From Seison nebaliae (taxonomy: Eukaryota): a DNA stretch of 51,034 nucleotides. The DNA lies in contig JALJEE010000027.1 of the NCBI GenBank assembly GCA_023231475.1, forward strand, positions 62,001 through 113,034. Direction: 5' to 3'. A model generated the notes under the pieces. The model saw only the letters and a program-made list of their open reading frames with translations, was not told the origin of the DNA and made no database searches. Shown one piece after another: positions 51,005 through 51,034 of this stretch. Each line of letters starts with the position of its first letter. Within the stretch, counting starts at the first letter, position 1. Made by a program: the position numbers and the translations under genes.

Positions 51005-51034
51005 CCAAAGCCCCCGGGGGTTATTAAAAAAGAA

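Noticed and set aside
50974..51034. Poly-T plus CCCCCGGGGG as a retroelement tail or terminator
   Set aside because: It resembles low-quality sequence after a homopolymer at a contig end; no element body or target-site duplication is visible

Overview
Gene-dense, AT-rich nuclear DNA from a small-genome animal (beta-catenin, RIM-like, TMEM26 and white-type ABCG genes). The style suggests a compact spiralian genome such as a rotifer relative, but that is an inference. I can support about 18 protein-coding genes in the standard code: a large RIM/Piccolo-like active-zone gene (partial), DNAJB with a perfect heat-shock element, PCCA, two orphans, a divergent PKA catalytic subunit, ZC3H15, beta-catenin, TMEM26, MRPL23, MED4, two tandem intronless SAM synthetases, a white-like ABCG, HMGCL, AIMP1, WDR74 and alpha-tubulin. 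No rRNA, tRNA, CRISPR array or transposon was recognised. The strongest signal is the splicing code. Of 36 short introns I delimited by restoring reading frames (40-110 nt), 34 begin GTT instead of the usual GTA/GTG, only 9 have +5G, and at least 7 end in AAG. This points to a divergent 5' splice-site recognition system. Secondary signals are intronless SAM synthetases with altered conserved motifs, operon-like spacing with acceptor-like AGs just before start codons, convergent stop codons 18 bp apart, and a shared 13-bp upstream motif.
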